Source: Nageia nagi
Taxonomy: Eukaryota; Plantae; Pinophyta
Assembly: GCA_050084985.1 (NCBI GenBank)
Contig: JBITNC010000001.1
Location: 116,374,001-116,438,000 of the forward strand
Length of the DNA stretch: 64,000 nucleotides
Reading direction: 5' to 3'
Part shown: in pieces, positions 1-12,489 of the stretch
Layout: each line of letters begins with the position of its first letter
Numbering within the stretch: the first letter of the stretch is position 1
The notes under the pieces: model-generated
What the model was told of the DNA's origin: nothing
Databases searched by the model: none
The model's input: the letters and a program-made list of their open reading frames with translations, nothing else
Made by a program: the position numbers and the translations under genes

Positions 1-242
1 CTTATTAACATAATGACATATCTCAAAACATAACAACATCACTAGGATCACCCATTAAATTTCTTGCTAATTTAGTTATAAATACAGAAAAGACATTCAT
101 AACATGAAAAAGATCAAAAATAGAATTGTTTTATATGCATAAGATGTAATGGATTTCGTTCTTCTTTACCTCTAATAGTGGATAATTTATATGCCCACTA
201 TTAAATATAAAGAAGGATGAAATTCAATAAATTATCCATACA

Positions 243-1000
243 TTAAATAGAAAGGATTTCCCTAAGATCAATCCTTATACTTGTTCTATAAGCCCACAAA
301 GTACAAGGTAATGTTTCATGCCAATCTTTACCATGTTTTTCAATAGGTTTGGAAAAGATACTTTTTATGACCTTATTAGAGGCTTCCGCTTGATGATTAT
401 GTTGAGGATAATATGAGGTAGAAAACTTTCTTTGAATATGATATTTGTTACAAAACTCTTTAACTTCATTACCTTTAAAGCTTGTACCATTATCCATAAA
501 TAATTTAGAAGGTATTCCATATTTAGAAATGATATATTCAATAAAAAATTCAACGATTTTACCTCCTTTACTTGACTTCATAAGAATAACATCCAATCAC
601 TTTGTAAAATAATTCATGGATGTGATGATAAGCTTATGGTCATATCTAGAAATAGGGTTAATCTTTCCCATAAAATCAAGTGCCCAAATAGAAAAAGACC
701 AAAAAGAAAGGATAGAGTGCAATCCATGTGATGGTGAGGGTTGAAGTTTAGTAGTCTTTTGATATTGTTCATATTTTTTGACATGCAATTCAAAATCTTC
801 AAGCATGGTAGGCCAATAGTAACTTAGTATAAGTAATCTTTGATAAACTAATTTAGCACTAAAATATCCTCCACATTACCCATCATGAGCTTGATGGAGA
901 TCCATTTCTACTTCATGCCTCATTAAACATCTAAGAAGAGCACCATCAAAATACCTTCTATATAATAGACCACCAATTACAACATATTTGGTAGCTAAGA
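243..1000 (-). pseudogene. Integrase (zinc-binding plus rve core), disrupted
   Basis: ORFs 243-596 and 597-806 carry DDE-region motifs. Upstream sequence reads LYRRYFDGALLRCL...AHDG (integrase H2C2 region). Confidence 0.9.
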
Positions 1001-1299
1001 TTCATACTCAACCATATTGTTAGTACAATCAAAACTTAATCAATAAAATATAAGAATAACATCACAATGTGGATTAATTAGTACAATTCCTTTCTTAGTT
1101 CTATGAATACACTTAGAACCATCAAAAAATAAATTTCATTCATATTTTTTAGAAAATCTTATGAAACTCTTAGGGTACTTAGGTTCACAAATGGAGTGAT
1201 GCCTCCTGGACATAACATTATCTTTGGGATCACGAGGACTTATGGTTCCTTTCTCATCAGTAAAATCCTCTTGAACCACATATTTTTTTATTTATTGGA

Positions 1300-2560
1300 T
1301 GATTTGCGATGAAATCTACAATAGCTTGTCCTTGAATTTTATAAACACTATGTCAAATTCATGAATCAACATTATCCATTAGGCAGCTCTATTAGAAAAA
1401 TAAGGTTTTGACATTAAGTACCTCAAAGGATCAGTTTGAGCTATAACATATGTTGTATTTCCAAGCATGTAATATCTTAATTTTTCTATTGAAAATACAA
1501 TAGAAAAATATGTTTACCCTATAGCTATATATCTTGTTTCATAATCAAAGTTTTGCTAATATAATAAATTGCTCTCTCTTTGTTTGCATCATCTTTTTGA
1601 GCTAACATTGCCCCCAATGCACTTAATGTTATAGAAACATAAAGTAATAAATTCCTCTGAAAATCATAAGGGGTTAATATGGGAGCTTTAGTAAGGTACC
1701 TCTTTATGTTGTCTAAATATTTTTTATATGTTTCATCCCAAATAAACTTTTCATCTTTCTTAAACAAATGAGAAAATGGGGTTGTTATATCAGTTAGTTG
1801 AGCAATAAATTTTATTATAGCTTGAACTTTACCTTGTATACTTATCAAATATTTCAAATTTTGAGATAGAGGCATATCAAAAATGGTTGAAACTTTCTTA
1901 GGATCCACCTTAATTCCTCTTTTTGAAATAATAAAAATTAAAAAATTACTCAAAGAAACTACAAATACACATATTAACGTTTCAATTTCAACTTAAATTC
2001 TCTTATCTTTGAATTTTTTCCTTAAATAATACAAATGATCATCTTTTCTTCTAGATTTTTCAAGAATATCATCAACATAAACTTCTACTAAATCATGAAT
2101 CAAATCATGGAATTTACTTACCATAGCTCTTTGATAAGTAACCCCCACATTTTTCAATCCAAAAGGCATGACCACTCAATAAAATATATCCCAAGGAGTA
2201 AAAAAAGCTATCTTATATTGATCCTTATTTGATTATAACTGAAAAAATCATCCATGAAAGATAAAATCTCATGACCTATTGTAGAATTTACAATAATATC
2301 AATATTTGGTAAAGGAAAGACATCTTTTAGGCATGCCTTGTTTATATCTCTGAAATCTATGCATCTCACCTCACTATTAGGCTTAGTTGTAGGAACAATG
2401 TTAGAAATCCATGAAGAATAATCAATAGGAATAATAAAACCAGTAACAATGTATTTTTGTATTTCCTTTTTAATTGCTATTGCTATTTTAGGATGCATTT
2501 TCCTAGGTTTTTGTTGTACGATTTAACATCATCATTGATAACTAGGCTATGATTGAGAAA
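1300..2560 (-). pseudogene. Reverse transcriptase and RNase H, disrupted
   Basis: ORFs 2208-2498, 1993-2175 (YVDD) and 1525-1953 (LGAMLAQ...ERAIYYISK). Confidence 0.92.
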
Positions 2561-5500
2561 ATTAGGATCAAGATTGGACATATCAGAATAAGACCAAGCA
2601 AGCACATCAAAAAATTATAATAACAATAGGCATTACCTTTCCATTTCTTCCAACATTAACCAAGCTCCTATTTTGATCAACTTTGGAACCTCTTTGGTAC
2701 CAATGTTTACTTCCACTATTTCTTCACTAAGATAAAATATTTTGTTATTGAGTTGGGGAGGCATAGGTAATGCCCCTAATCCTACATTCAAAATCAATCA
2801 TAAGAGACTTAGAAAATGAAGCAATGTTGCTCAGCCTCGAGCAACATCACCCCAATAAAGGTGCATAAGATTGACACTTTAAAAGTTAAATATTTAACCC
2901 TGCTACTAATGCTACAAAAAATGTCAAAGAAAGGTTAAAATAATTGGAAGCTAACTTTCAATATATGCATCATCCTTGCAAACCTCCTCTCTGAAATAGT
3001 CCTAATATTGTAAGAACCATGCAACTAACCTCTTTTCACTAGATTTGGGAAATTCACTTCTTGCCCGTGACATCTTAATAATAGCATCATCATTCTGAAA
3101 AATATGCACTCATATAGGAGCACTCAGTGGAAAGAAAGGATTTGTATAATAATCATGTAATTTCTTGAAAGTTACATTCATCATATTACAATGCAACCAT
3201 TCATGAAATATGTCACAATCATTTCCCTAATCATCAATATCAACATGTTGAATAATTGGAGTTGGAGTTTGTAGCTATTGAAGCTTCAAATCCAATGCTG
3301 AATATTCTCTTGAACTAACTTCATTTGGGATGGTATCAACAATGCCTTTCTTATCCTTACCCAACCCTTTATCATCATACTAATATTTTTTTGCATATAT
3401 TTGCTAGCAAAAGCAAAATCAATACTATTTAAATGTATACTTACTTATCCTGACAAAGTTCTTGAAGCATCATCTTCATGATTTGATGGACTTTTCTTCT
3501 TTCGATCTTGATAAAGAACACTAACATCTAAAATAATATCATTTGATTCCTAAGGAATGGAGTGATGGTTCTCAGAATCTTCCTCATCTAAGTGGAATTG
3601 GTTGGTTTTAGGTACATACAGGGGCATCCCAATTCCTTGAAACTCTTCCATATGTCCACATTAGGGATTTAATATGTTTATATTAACTTCTTATGGAATA
3701 AACTCTTTGATAGGTTTTACTACTCCTTCTTTATCATCAATTAGATCATAAGGTATCCAAAATTATTGAGCTAGTTGGTACAAATTTGTTTCATTTTGTT
3801 CTACATGGATTGTAAATATGTTATCATTGTACATAAATTTAATTGACTAATATAGGGTAGAAGTTGCAACTCTAAGTTTATGGATCTAAGGTCTACCAAG
3901 CAACAAATTATATGGTAACTTTTTAGTATAATCAAAGCCTTTTATGCTAATGGTAGTTCTTTTCAAACTTGCATAAATAAAAGGAAAATAATTTTGCAAT
4001 AGATAAAATGAGAAATAAATGGAATTAGAACAATATGAACTAATGCTTTTTTAATAGGAACACCATCAACATTTACACAAATTTACATTCCTAAATTCTT
4101 TTCAATGACATTTTCACTAGGAAATTCACTATCTTGAAAGAAAATCATATTGTAAGATAAATTTGTACTGATATTAGCAAATCATTCAGTAAATTTTGCA
4201 ACAAGAATATTTACATCTACTAGAATATTTTTAATGCATCAAACAATGCATTTATATGATCTATAGATAATTGCAAAAGATCAAACATACTTATCTTGGA
4301 ATGTGTTACCTCTAACTTTTCTAGGAGTTTTTTCACATCTAAATTGTGTGAGGCTTCCATCCTTTCTATCATTGATAGGTGAAAACTCCCTCTAGGCCTT
4401 CCTCTCCTAGCAATGACACATTGTTCATCATTGAAAATGAAAGTGACAACTAAAGGTTTAGCTCCTTTAGAATTAACTACATGTGCTTCATACTAAATCT
4501 TTCCATCATCAAGCATTTTCTTTAGTGCCTTCCTTAAGATAATGCAAGCAATTATTCGATGACATTTAAAGTTATGATATTCACAAAATTCATTTTCATT
4601 ATACCAACTAGGTTTTTCATCATTGGGTAGCTCTTATTTTGGATCAGGTTCTATCAATCCCTTTTGTAATCAATCTCAAAAAATAACTACAAGAACTAGA
4701 AGAAATATTATATTTTTCTTTAAAATTTTCTTTTCTTAACTCTTTTGGTGCTCTTTAGTTTGATGCTTCTCAATAGTATGAATCACTTTATCTTGTTTTT
4801 TCTGATATCCTCCTATCTTTTTCTTCTTAGAAGAATTTCCATACTTTAGTTTTCCCATATCAACCAAATATTTTTCCTTTTGTGTTATCCTATACATAAT
4901 ATCGATGAATGGAACTATCATATATTCCAAAGCTATGAATTTTAACTTAGGATGGATGTTGTGAACAAACATAGATGTGACATATGATTTGGATAATGAC
5001 GTTTATATCATACTTTGTATCTTTTGAAATATTTTTATAAACTTATCAAATCTTTTATTTGAACCTTGTATAGCACTTGCTAAATCTAAAACTATGACTT
5101 ATCTAGGAGCATGATACTTGAAATGCATGTAAAATTTCGAAATGAGTTATGCATAGCAATTGATATATTTAGTGGGAAAAGAAAAGTACCAAGTTAGCGC
5201 ATCACTTCAAAATGTAGTTGGGAAATATTTAGTCATCAAATTATCATCCACTCCAAACTTTAACTTGAATTTCATATCAAAAGCCTTGATGTGATTTGTA
5301 GGATCCCCTTCACCTTAATATGAATCAAAGATAGGTTCTACTTGAAGATTTAGGGCCCTAACATTGTGAGTTTCATCACATAGTGGACTTGAATCCCTAG
5401 ATTTGGTAGGGTGAAATCTAATTGATATATTATTTCCACCAACCTTAGGGCCTTCATTTTTATCATCATTCCCATATAAAATATTCTTTAGATTAGATTT

Positions 5501-6179
5501 GGTTGCATCATCAAAGCTATTGACTATGGAAAGAAACTAGTGAAGGATAAAGCGATGTGTCAAAGAAAGTTCAGGTTCACTAATTGTTATAATTGAAATA
5601 ATAATTAATTAGGGTTATTTAAGATATTTAATTTATCCAAATATTAAGAAAATAGTAGTAACATGAAAGATAACAATTATCCTAATTGACCTTGACCTAT
5701 CAACCTAGATTGATGAAGGATACAAACCCATACTTTACCTATCATGATCAATGAAGGTGATATTAAGCTCAAATGTAATGAATGATGAGTTTACCTAACT
5801 AACAAAGCCTCCAATCCATTCTCAACCTAGTGGTAGTTCTAGGATACCAACGACATCACCTATTTACCTTTCAATTTGCCTTTCCTTTTCACTCAATATC
5901 ATTGATGTTCCTTTAAATCTTGAAATTTTATGTCTAATGGGCTCAAAATATCATAGGAATGTAGATCTCAATATATAAAAAAATCTAGATATGATAAATG
6001 GCATTGAGAAACATTAGTCAATAATGAGAAAAGTATACTACCACATATCAAAGACTATAGATCATATCATGATTTCTCATGCATAACCCTATCAAAGATT
6101 ACAGATCATATCATATTCCTTTTTAAACTTAGGTATCTATAAGATACATTTGTTCTTATTTTAAATTATAAAAAATACA

Positions 6180-6674
6180 TATAACTAAGTGAATATTATA
6201 AATATTCCAATAGGGTAGAGAGGATTTTTAAGGAGGGAGACATGGTTTATTTGCATCTTCAACCATATCTACAAACTAATTCGAAAAAGAGTGGAGCTAA
6301 AAAGTAAAACCAAAATTTTATGGCCACTACAAAGTCCCATGAAAAATAGGCGAGGTTGCATATGAGTTGGAACTTCATCCAAATAATGAAATACATAATA
6401 TCTTCTATGTTTCCTATTTGAATAAGGCTCTTGGGTAGCATGTGATTCCTTCTGCAGAATTATCGGCACTTGATGATGAAGGAAAACTAATTCTTGAACC
6501 TAAAATTCTTTTGTAGAGAAGGAAAAAAAGGTTGAGAAATAAAACCATTAGTTAGTACTTAGTTAAATAGAGAGGATTTCCATTGGAGGATGCTACATGG
6601 GAAGGATATGAGATCCTTCGATACCCAACTTTACTACATTACTTGGGGATAAGCAATTTTGTGGAAGGGAAACT
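6180..6674 (+). pseudogene. Chromovirus integrase C-terminus plus chromodomain, followed by a PPT
   Basis: Plus strand reads GDMVYLHLQPY...KFYGHYKV...IGEVAYELEL...DDEGKLILEP...YLVK*RGFPLEDATWE. A purine tract GGAAGGGAAAC follows, then TGTAAT at 6675, the likely start of the 3' LTR. Confidence 0.85.
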
Positions 6675-6928
6675 TGTAATATCCCAAAATTAAATGTCAG
6701 CTCATAAATCTTTATATTTTAGAATTTTCTAATATTTATAAAGTCTAGTGAAAGGGATGCCTAGTTTAAGGGAAATAATCATATATTTTGAAGCTTGTTT
6801 TATAGTTTACAAGTTTCCCATTCTAAACTGAGTTAATGGTGTATTAGGATTGCTACAAGTTAAAGTCTAATTTTCATTTAATATTTTGTAACTACCATGA
6901 TGAAGTGAAACGAAACTATTATAATCAA

Positions 6929-7053
6929 ATTTTAGTACTTTCCAGCTAGTGATTAGCAATTGTAACTACCTAAAAAGGTCAAAGATTCTCATATTTTAGT
7001 AACTATCAGCTATTATTTAGAAATTGTAACTGCCTAGAAAGGTCAAAGATTCC
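6929..7053. repeat. ~64-bp tandem duplication inside a putative LTR
   Basis: ATTTTAGTA...CAGCTA...AATTGTAACT(A/G)CCTA(A/G)AAAGGTCAAAGATTC occurs at 6929 and 6993. Confidence 0.75.
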
Positions 7054-8444
7054 TAAGGAATGGAGGCATAATTAGGAGCATTAGATTTTTGATGATTAAT
7101 GTTTTAGCCCAACCATGTTGCATTTCATTTTGGAAAGCTTCTTTAGGTCTATTTTGGCTCCATGATGATTTCTCACACCTCCTACAATAGTACATTGATG
7201 TTAATTGGATCAAATTAGATCAATATGCAATAATAGCTTGAGGAGTCAACATTAAATCCATTTAATATGATATTTTTTGGTAATATTGATTTTGGGTGGT
7301 AGATTAAAGATCTTTTTCAGATTCGATGATGGTGATTTGATGCTACAATAGGCTTCTAGACTATATATGGTAAAAAATTTGTAATTTGTAAGGTGTCTTG
7401 GATTTTGTTTATCATTTTGGAAGATTGTTGCAAAGCAATCATTTGATAGGAAACCCCAAGGGATTATTAACTCATTTGAAGGCTTAAAGTTATCTACTTT
7501 GAGCTCATTTCCATTTGATGGATTCAGATTAGGATCCATACTTATGTATATTATGAAGGAGAGAATAGTAATTATAAAATAATTCATCTATTTAGTGAGA
7601 ATCCTAATCTCAAAAGAACAAGCTTTTTTCATAGTAGGATAAAGTAGTCATTTTCCACATACCATCCACTCTTTGGCTTTTCAAGGTTGTCAATAGAATG
7701 TCCAATATAGTTGAGGCAATATACTTTGTTTGAAGCTTTAGATTTGATTTTGGGTATCATTTTTGGGTTGACTAAATTTGGATTTGATCTATTTACTTGA
7801 ATTTGAAGTCTATTGGCTATCATTGTAGTATAAGTTCTATTTCAAGGCTGACTTAATAAAATAAGAAAAGAAAAAAAAAACAAAATAAATATATACATAT
7901 TTGGGCTATTTTTTGTAATGTACACCTTTTTACCTTACATAATAGGACTAACCTTTTAACAAAATTAGTAGAACACATAGATACTTGAGGTTGATTAGTA
8001 ATGACTCTTCATCTTAAGTGATCTTTATTTGTAGGGTTGTATATTGAGAAAATCCATATCACCAACTATAAATTTTAATTTAGACTACTATTTATCAACA
8101 TATTATTTTATTTGATTTTGTAACAATACCAAATTATCCTTCAATACCTTGAGTACATCATATCATTATGTGATTGAAGAGTCTATTGCATCAATCCAAG
8201 AGGTTCCTGCTAGATATGAAGTTAAATATGGAGGTGATTAACCATACAATTATTGATAAATGATCATTTTAGTAGAGAAATGATTAGTGTATTATACCAC
8301 CATTATGATACAAAATCCAACAACTATATTTGGACTATTTCTTAGATGAAAACTAATAAAGGTATGTTTTTTATAACTTATTGACAACTTCTATTTACCC
8401 ATCTATTCAAGGATACTATGATAAGCTAAGATTCAAGTGGACCC

Positions 8445-9450
8445 CTTAAAGGAATACTTGTAAAGGTGAATATTTGGTAGATATCTACTAGGAATTAGTA
8501 GGATCATATGATCTTTCTTATAGGGTTCTTCAAATATTGGATTAAATTTATCTAGCACATGTTGCATATCTATATAATTCCTAGTTATTAATGCAATAAT
8601 TAATTCCATGTGGAAAAGTTATTCTATAACTCCACGTTGGCCTTACTTGAGATGCTTCTCCATCTTATATAAGCTATTTGTATGGGTTTTGATGATAAAA
8701 TTTTCAATGTATATATTTTTCAATTTTTGATGAACTCCATCAAAAGAGTTGAGAAATCCCCTAAGATGATTCCTACAATTTGTAACCATTGGCACCCTAA
8801 TACCAAATCACATCCTCCCAATTGAAGGGCATACAAGCCAATACGTATTTTGAAATCACTAATATTCAAGTGAATATTTTTTAGGATCTATTGGAAGATA
8901 TCTTGCATCCATTAATGATCATTAATATAAAATTATAATGATTATGAATAGAGCAATAAGTTTTCTTAGCCATTGTAACATCAATAAAGTTGTGAGTATT
9001 TCTTAAATATCTCAATAACATAAACTTATACCCTTTTACATATCCTATCACTTTCATAGTTCAAGGAGTAATGAATCCTACAAAATCATGAACATAGATA
9101 TCTAAGGCTTCATCTTCAATTGGTTTCTCTATGAAATCTATCACTATTTCTATTGAATATAATATATTATTCATTTATAGTTGATGATGGTTAGACATAT
9201 TTATTAAGAAGATAAATATTGTACTCCTTAAAATGATGACTAAGGCTATTTCACTAAAAGATTATTTCCAACTTGTATCACAAGTATCTTTGTATGATGT
9301 GGAGTGTAGTGATCTTGGTAACTTAGGATAACTACAATGAAAAATAGAGATAATGCAAACTATTAACCCACATTTTTTATAAGCATTTGAAGTATATTTC
9401 TAGTTATTCAAAATGAGATATTTTATCCTTACTAAAATTCTTTAAGGATT
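8445..9450 (-). pseudogene. Chromovirus-type Gypsy fragment (protease to start of RT)
   Basis: Minus strand reads TP*TMKVIG, THNFID (degraded active site), ALQLGGCDLVLGCQWLQ, EKHLK*GQRGVI and DHMILLIP...PNIHLYKY. Confidence 0.75.
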
Positions 9451-12225
9451 GAGTTTTTGTCAAGATTTCAAGTGCAAAATGGAAAAGGGAAACATGGTTG
9501 ACAAAAAATTAAAATAAAGAAAATTCAAGGATGAAACAAAAGTCTTAGCAAGTCTAAAGTAAAATATTCATCACCAGTGGTGTATTGTCTAGATTTTTCT
9601 TTTCTAGATTAACTAAGAAATTGACATTCATTCATCATTATTTGCATAAAATAACATTATCCAACTTGAATGCAAACATTAGTGAGAAGAAAGAAACATG
9701 GTTGAAGATATAATGATGAATAGTGAATAGTTTTGAATGTGAATTTCTAACCTAATGACATAGAAAGAAATAATTCTAGAGTACAACCACTTAACATGCA
9801 AATTGTGAAAGATATAATCAAGTAATAACTCTCACACTTCATCATATATACAATTAGCTTTTACTAAAACTCTAGGATTTCAAAGAAAATGAACATAAGC
9901 ATGAGAATTACAACAAGAAAATATCAAATTAGAGAATTCACATCCAAAATGCCATATAAGTGATGAAGTTCACTTCCTCTAAAAATATACCACTTCATTC
10001 AAATACACACAAATAGAGAGAGAGTTTACAATTTTCTCAAGTTTATTCTCCTCCTAGTGAAATTAGTTCATCCTCCTCAACAAATAATCCCCAAGGGCTA
10101 GTTATAGTCTTTTATCAAGTAAAACCCTAGTGTTACCCTAATTAAGTACTACCCTAATTAGGGTTTGGTCCAATGCAAATAAAATATACTTAAATTAAAA
10201 TTAAATTAAATTTTAATATGAGAAGAAAAAAATCTTCCTCATTTAATTAATAATCTAAATAAAAATATCTTTTGAAATCAAATAACTAAAAATATTTGAC
10301 TAGATCTAATTTTGTGCCTTGGAAGGCATGACTATTTTTTGAGGGAGTTGACTTCCCATCCTCAATATTCTAATAATTTTGACTATCCTCCATATACTTA
10401 ATACTTTTTTTTGAATTCATCAATCCTTTCTATGCTAGTTGATTCAATCTCTTCTATCTCTATCGTTTGAGCATGAGTCTCCAGAGTTTGACATTCCTTT
10501 GGATCTTTGTTCAAGGAGACTTTGGTTATCAAAAATATATTGTTGTGCTTGAAGATATATTTCTCCATATAATGGCTAGCTATGGATTCAATTTTCTCCA
10601 TATAGCTTGAGTCTTCATTTGAAGCTCAGATCAATAGCAATACTAGCTCAAAATTGAACTTCTTCTTTTTAGCAACTTTAGTAAATGATGTAACTTTAGT
10701 ATTCAATATCTTCTCATTCTTTGGCTTGATTTATTTTATTTTCATATTTAAATTTATATTTATCATATTTAATTTGGAAATGAAATAATACTTTTTGTAT
10801 AAGATAAATGTTACTGAGAACTAAGTTTGAGATGGACGTTTGGACCTTGAAGAGGGTGGAATGAAATAATGGAGGTTAGCTAGGAATGGTGGCATAGGGA
10901 CTTGGATGGAAAATGAATCTAGTTTGGTGTGGAATATACCATTTGGCTCAAGAGCATGAAAATGAAAATTTAAGATTTTTAAGGTCTTGAAATGGTGCTA
11001 TTGAATAATAAAGGGTGTCTAGAAATGATGGTGCAAGTACTTGGGTGGAAAATAGATCAAATGTTATATGGATGAGACAACTTGGAGTGAGCACATTGAA
11101 CAATCCTCTTCACTTTGGATTCCCTTGAGCATGTTTATTTTGGATACTATGATATGTGGATGAGCATTTTATTTTTGTAGAAATAAAATGATATGATGTG
11201 ATGTCTTAGATTTAAAATAAATGTTGAAAATTATATCATGTTATCATATTCTTATACATGTCATTGTTAAGTTTTTGTTGGTGATGTGCAAGAAATATGT
11301 GCATGAAGGTGGAATGCTCATTGATGGGATGGAAATGATAGCATGAAAAGGTTCAAAAGATCAATTTTGATATAAGAGAACCTATATAACCTCAAGAAGG
11401 TAAAAAATCATATAGGTTACATGAGATAGGGACCCCAAGGTAGTCTCCATTAATGTATGGTGTTTGCCTTTGTTTATTTTTTGGTTGTGCAAGCTATGCA
11501 AATAAATTAATTTGGTTTGAGGATTTTAGTCATAGGAAAAGTCAGGTTAATATCTAATAGGTCATGCTTAGGGATATTTAATTTTATTAACCTTATGTCT
11601 ATGATAAAATAGGACCAAGGATTATATTAACTAGGTAAATACATTAATACCTAATCATAATAAAATAATTAACACCTAAAAAATAACTAACCTAAGTTAT
11701 GAAAGGGTAATTAAATAGGCATTTATTTAATTACCATTTTATCCCTCATTAAAATTAATATTTAATAAACTATGAATTTGATTTTCAAATTTAGAAATGT
11801 AGTTAGGAGGAATAAATTTTTAGCATTAATGGTTGTGCAAACTTAATTCCCCTTGTAATACTATATAGTGTGCATGAAAAACTCTATAAAAAGATTTAAA
11901 ATCCATCCTCATCTAATCCTTTCAAAAAAGAAATTAAACTAGAAGTCTAAAATAGAAACTTAGCTTCCCTTATGAAATTATAAATAAAGGGTAAGGACTA
12001 TGTTTTGGGGATGTGAAAATATGCAAGGAGACTTTGCCAAATTGAATCCAGGAGTGTCAAAGATTTTTTTGGGTGTGCAAAAATTCCAAGTTGGCATCTT
12101 TTTAGTTTAAAAGAAATTATTATTAGCTAGCATTCTTGATGTGTTCATGTCTTCAATAACAATTTCTTATTTTAAATATTATAATTGATGGTATAAATAT
12201 CTATTTTAAATATATGATGTTTATT

Positions 12226-12470
12226 TGTTAGGCCAGATAACTCCAAGATAAAAAAGCATTGTATTAGATTAGAATATTACCTCAATACACAAGAAGATTG
12301 ACTCTTCAAATTCACCTTCTTAGGTTACCCTTGAGATACAATGTAACTCTTCATATTCTTCAAGAAATGACACTCTAAATTATAGCACACACAAAGCTAT
12401 GAATTTATTAAATATAGTAACTAATACTATACTATCTATACCATAATCCCTAGAGATTAGATGTCTAACA
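12226..12470 (-). repeat. Copia 3' LTR (245 bp)
   Basis: TGTTAGGC...TCTAACA. About 30 substitutions plus one 4-bp indel versus 18363-18611 by hand count (~88% identity). Confidence 0.95.
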
Positions 12471-12482
12471 TTCTCCCCTTAA
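12471..12482 (-). other. Polypurine tract of the Copia element
   Basis: Minus strand TTAAGGGGAGAA abuts the 3' LTR. Confidence 0.85.
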
Positions 12483-12489
12483 TTAGAAG

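Larger units (their letters stand above)
1..5400 (-). mobile_element. Decayed Ty3/Gypsy Tat-clade (Ogre/Retand-type) retrotransposon internal region: gag-PR-(G-patch)-RT-RH-aRH-INT
   Basis: Minus-strand motifs in order: gag (GEGDPTNHIKAF...DALTWYF, ~5120-5330); Cys/His box (WYNENEFCEYH, ~4575-4610); protease tail YNLLLGRP*IHKL (~3875-3912); RT (CIDFRDINKAC, MPFGLKN, YVDDIL; ORFs 2208-2498 and 1993-2175); RH (ORF 1525-1953); aRH (FFDGSK...TNNMVEYE, ~1000-1140); integrase (WALDFMG, MDNG, AEASNK, LWAYRT; ORFs 243-806). LTRs not resolved. Confidence 0.9.

Noticed and set aside
7252-7823. ORFs 7252-7587 and 7629-7823, and other short ORFs within LTRs (e.g. 23364, 24831, 29964, 33465), as host genes
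   Set aside because: They have no recognisable motifs, lie in LTR or LTR-like DNA, and are consistent with chance ORFs.
9500-12225. LTR-like non-coding blocks (also 5500-6180, 6675-8400 and 33932-35400)
   Set aside because: Composition and TATA-like motifs suggest LTR or leader DNA, but no partner repeat, PBS or TSD could be fixed, so they are not annotated.
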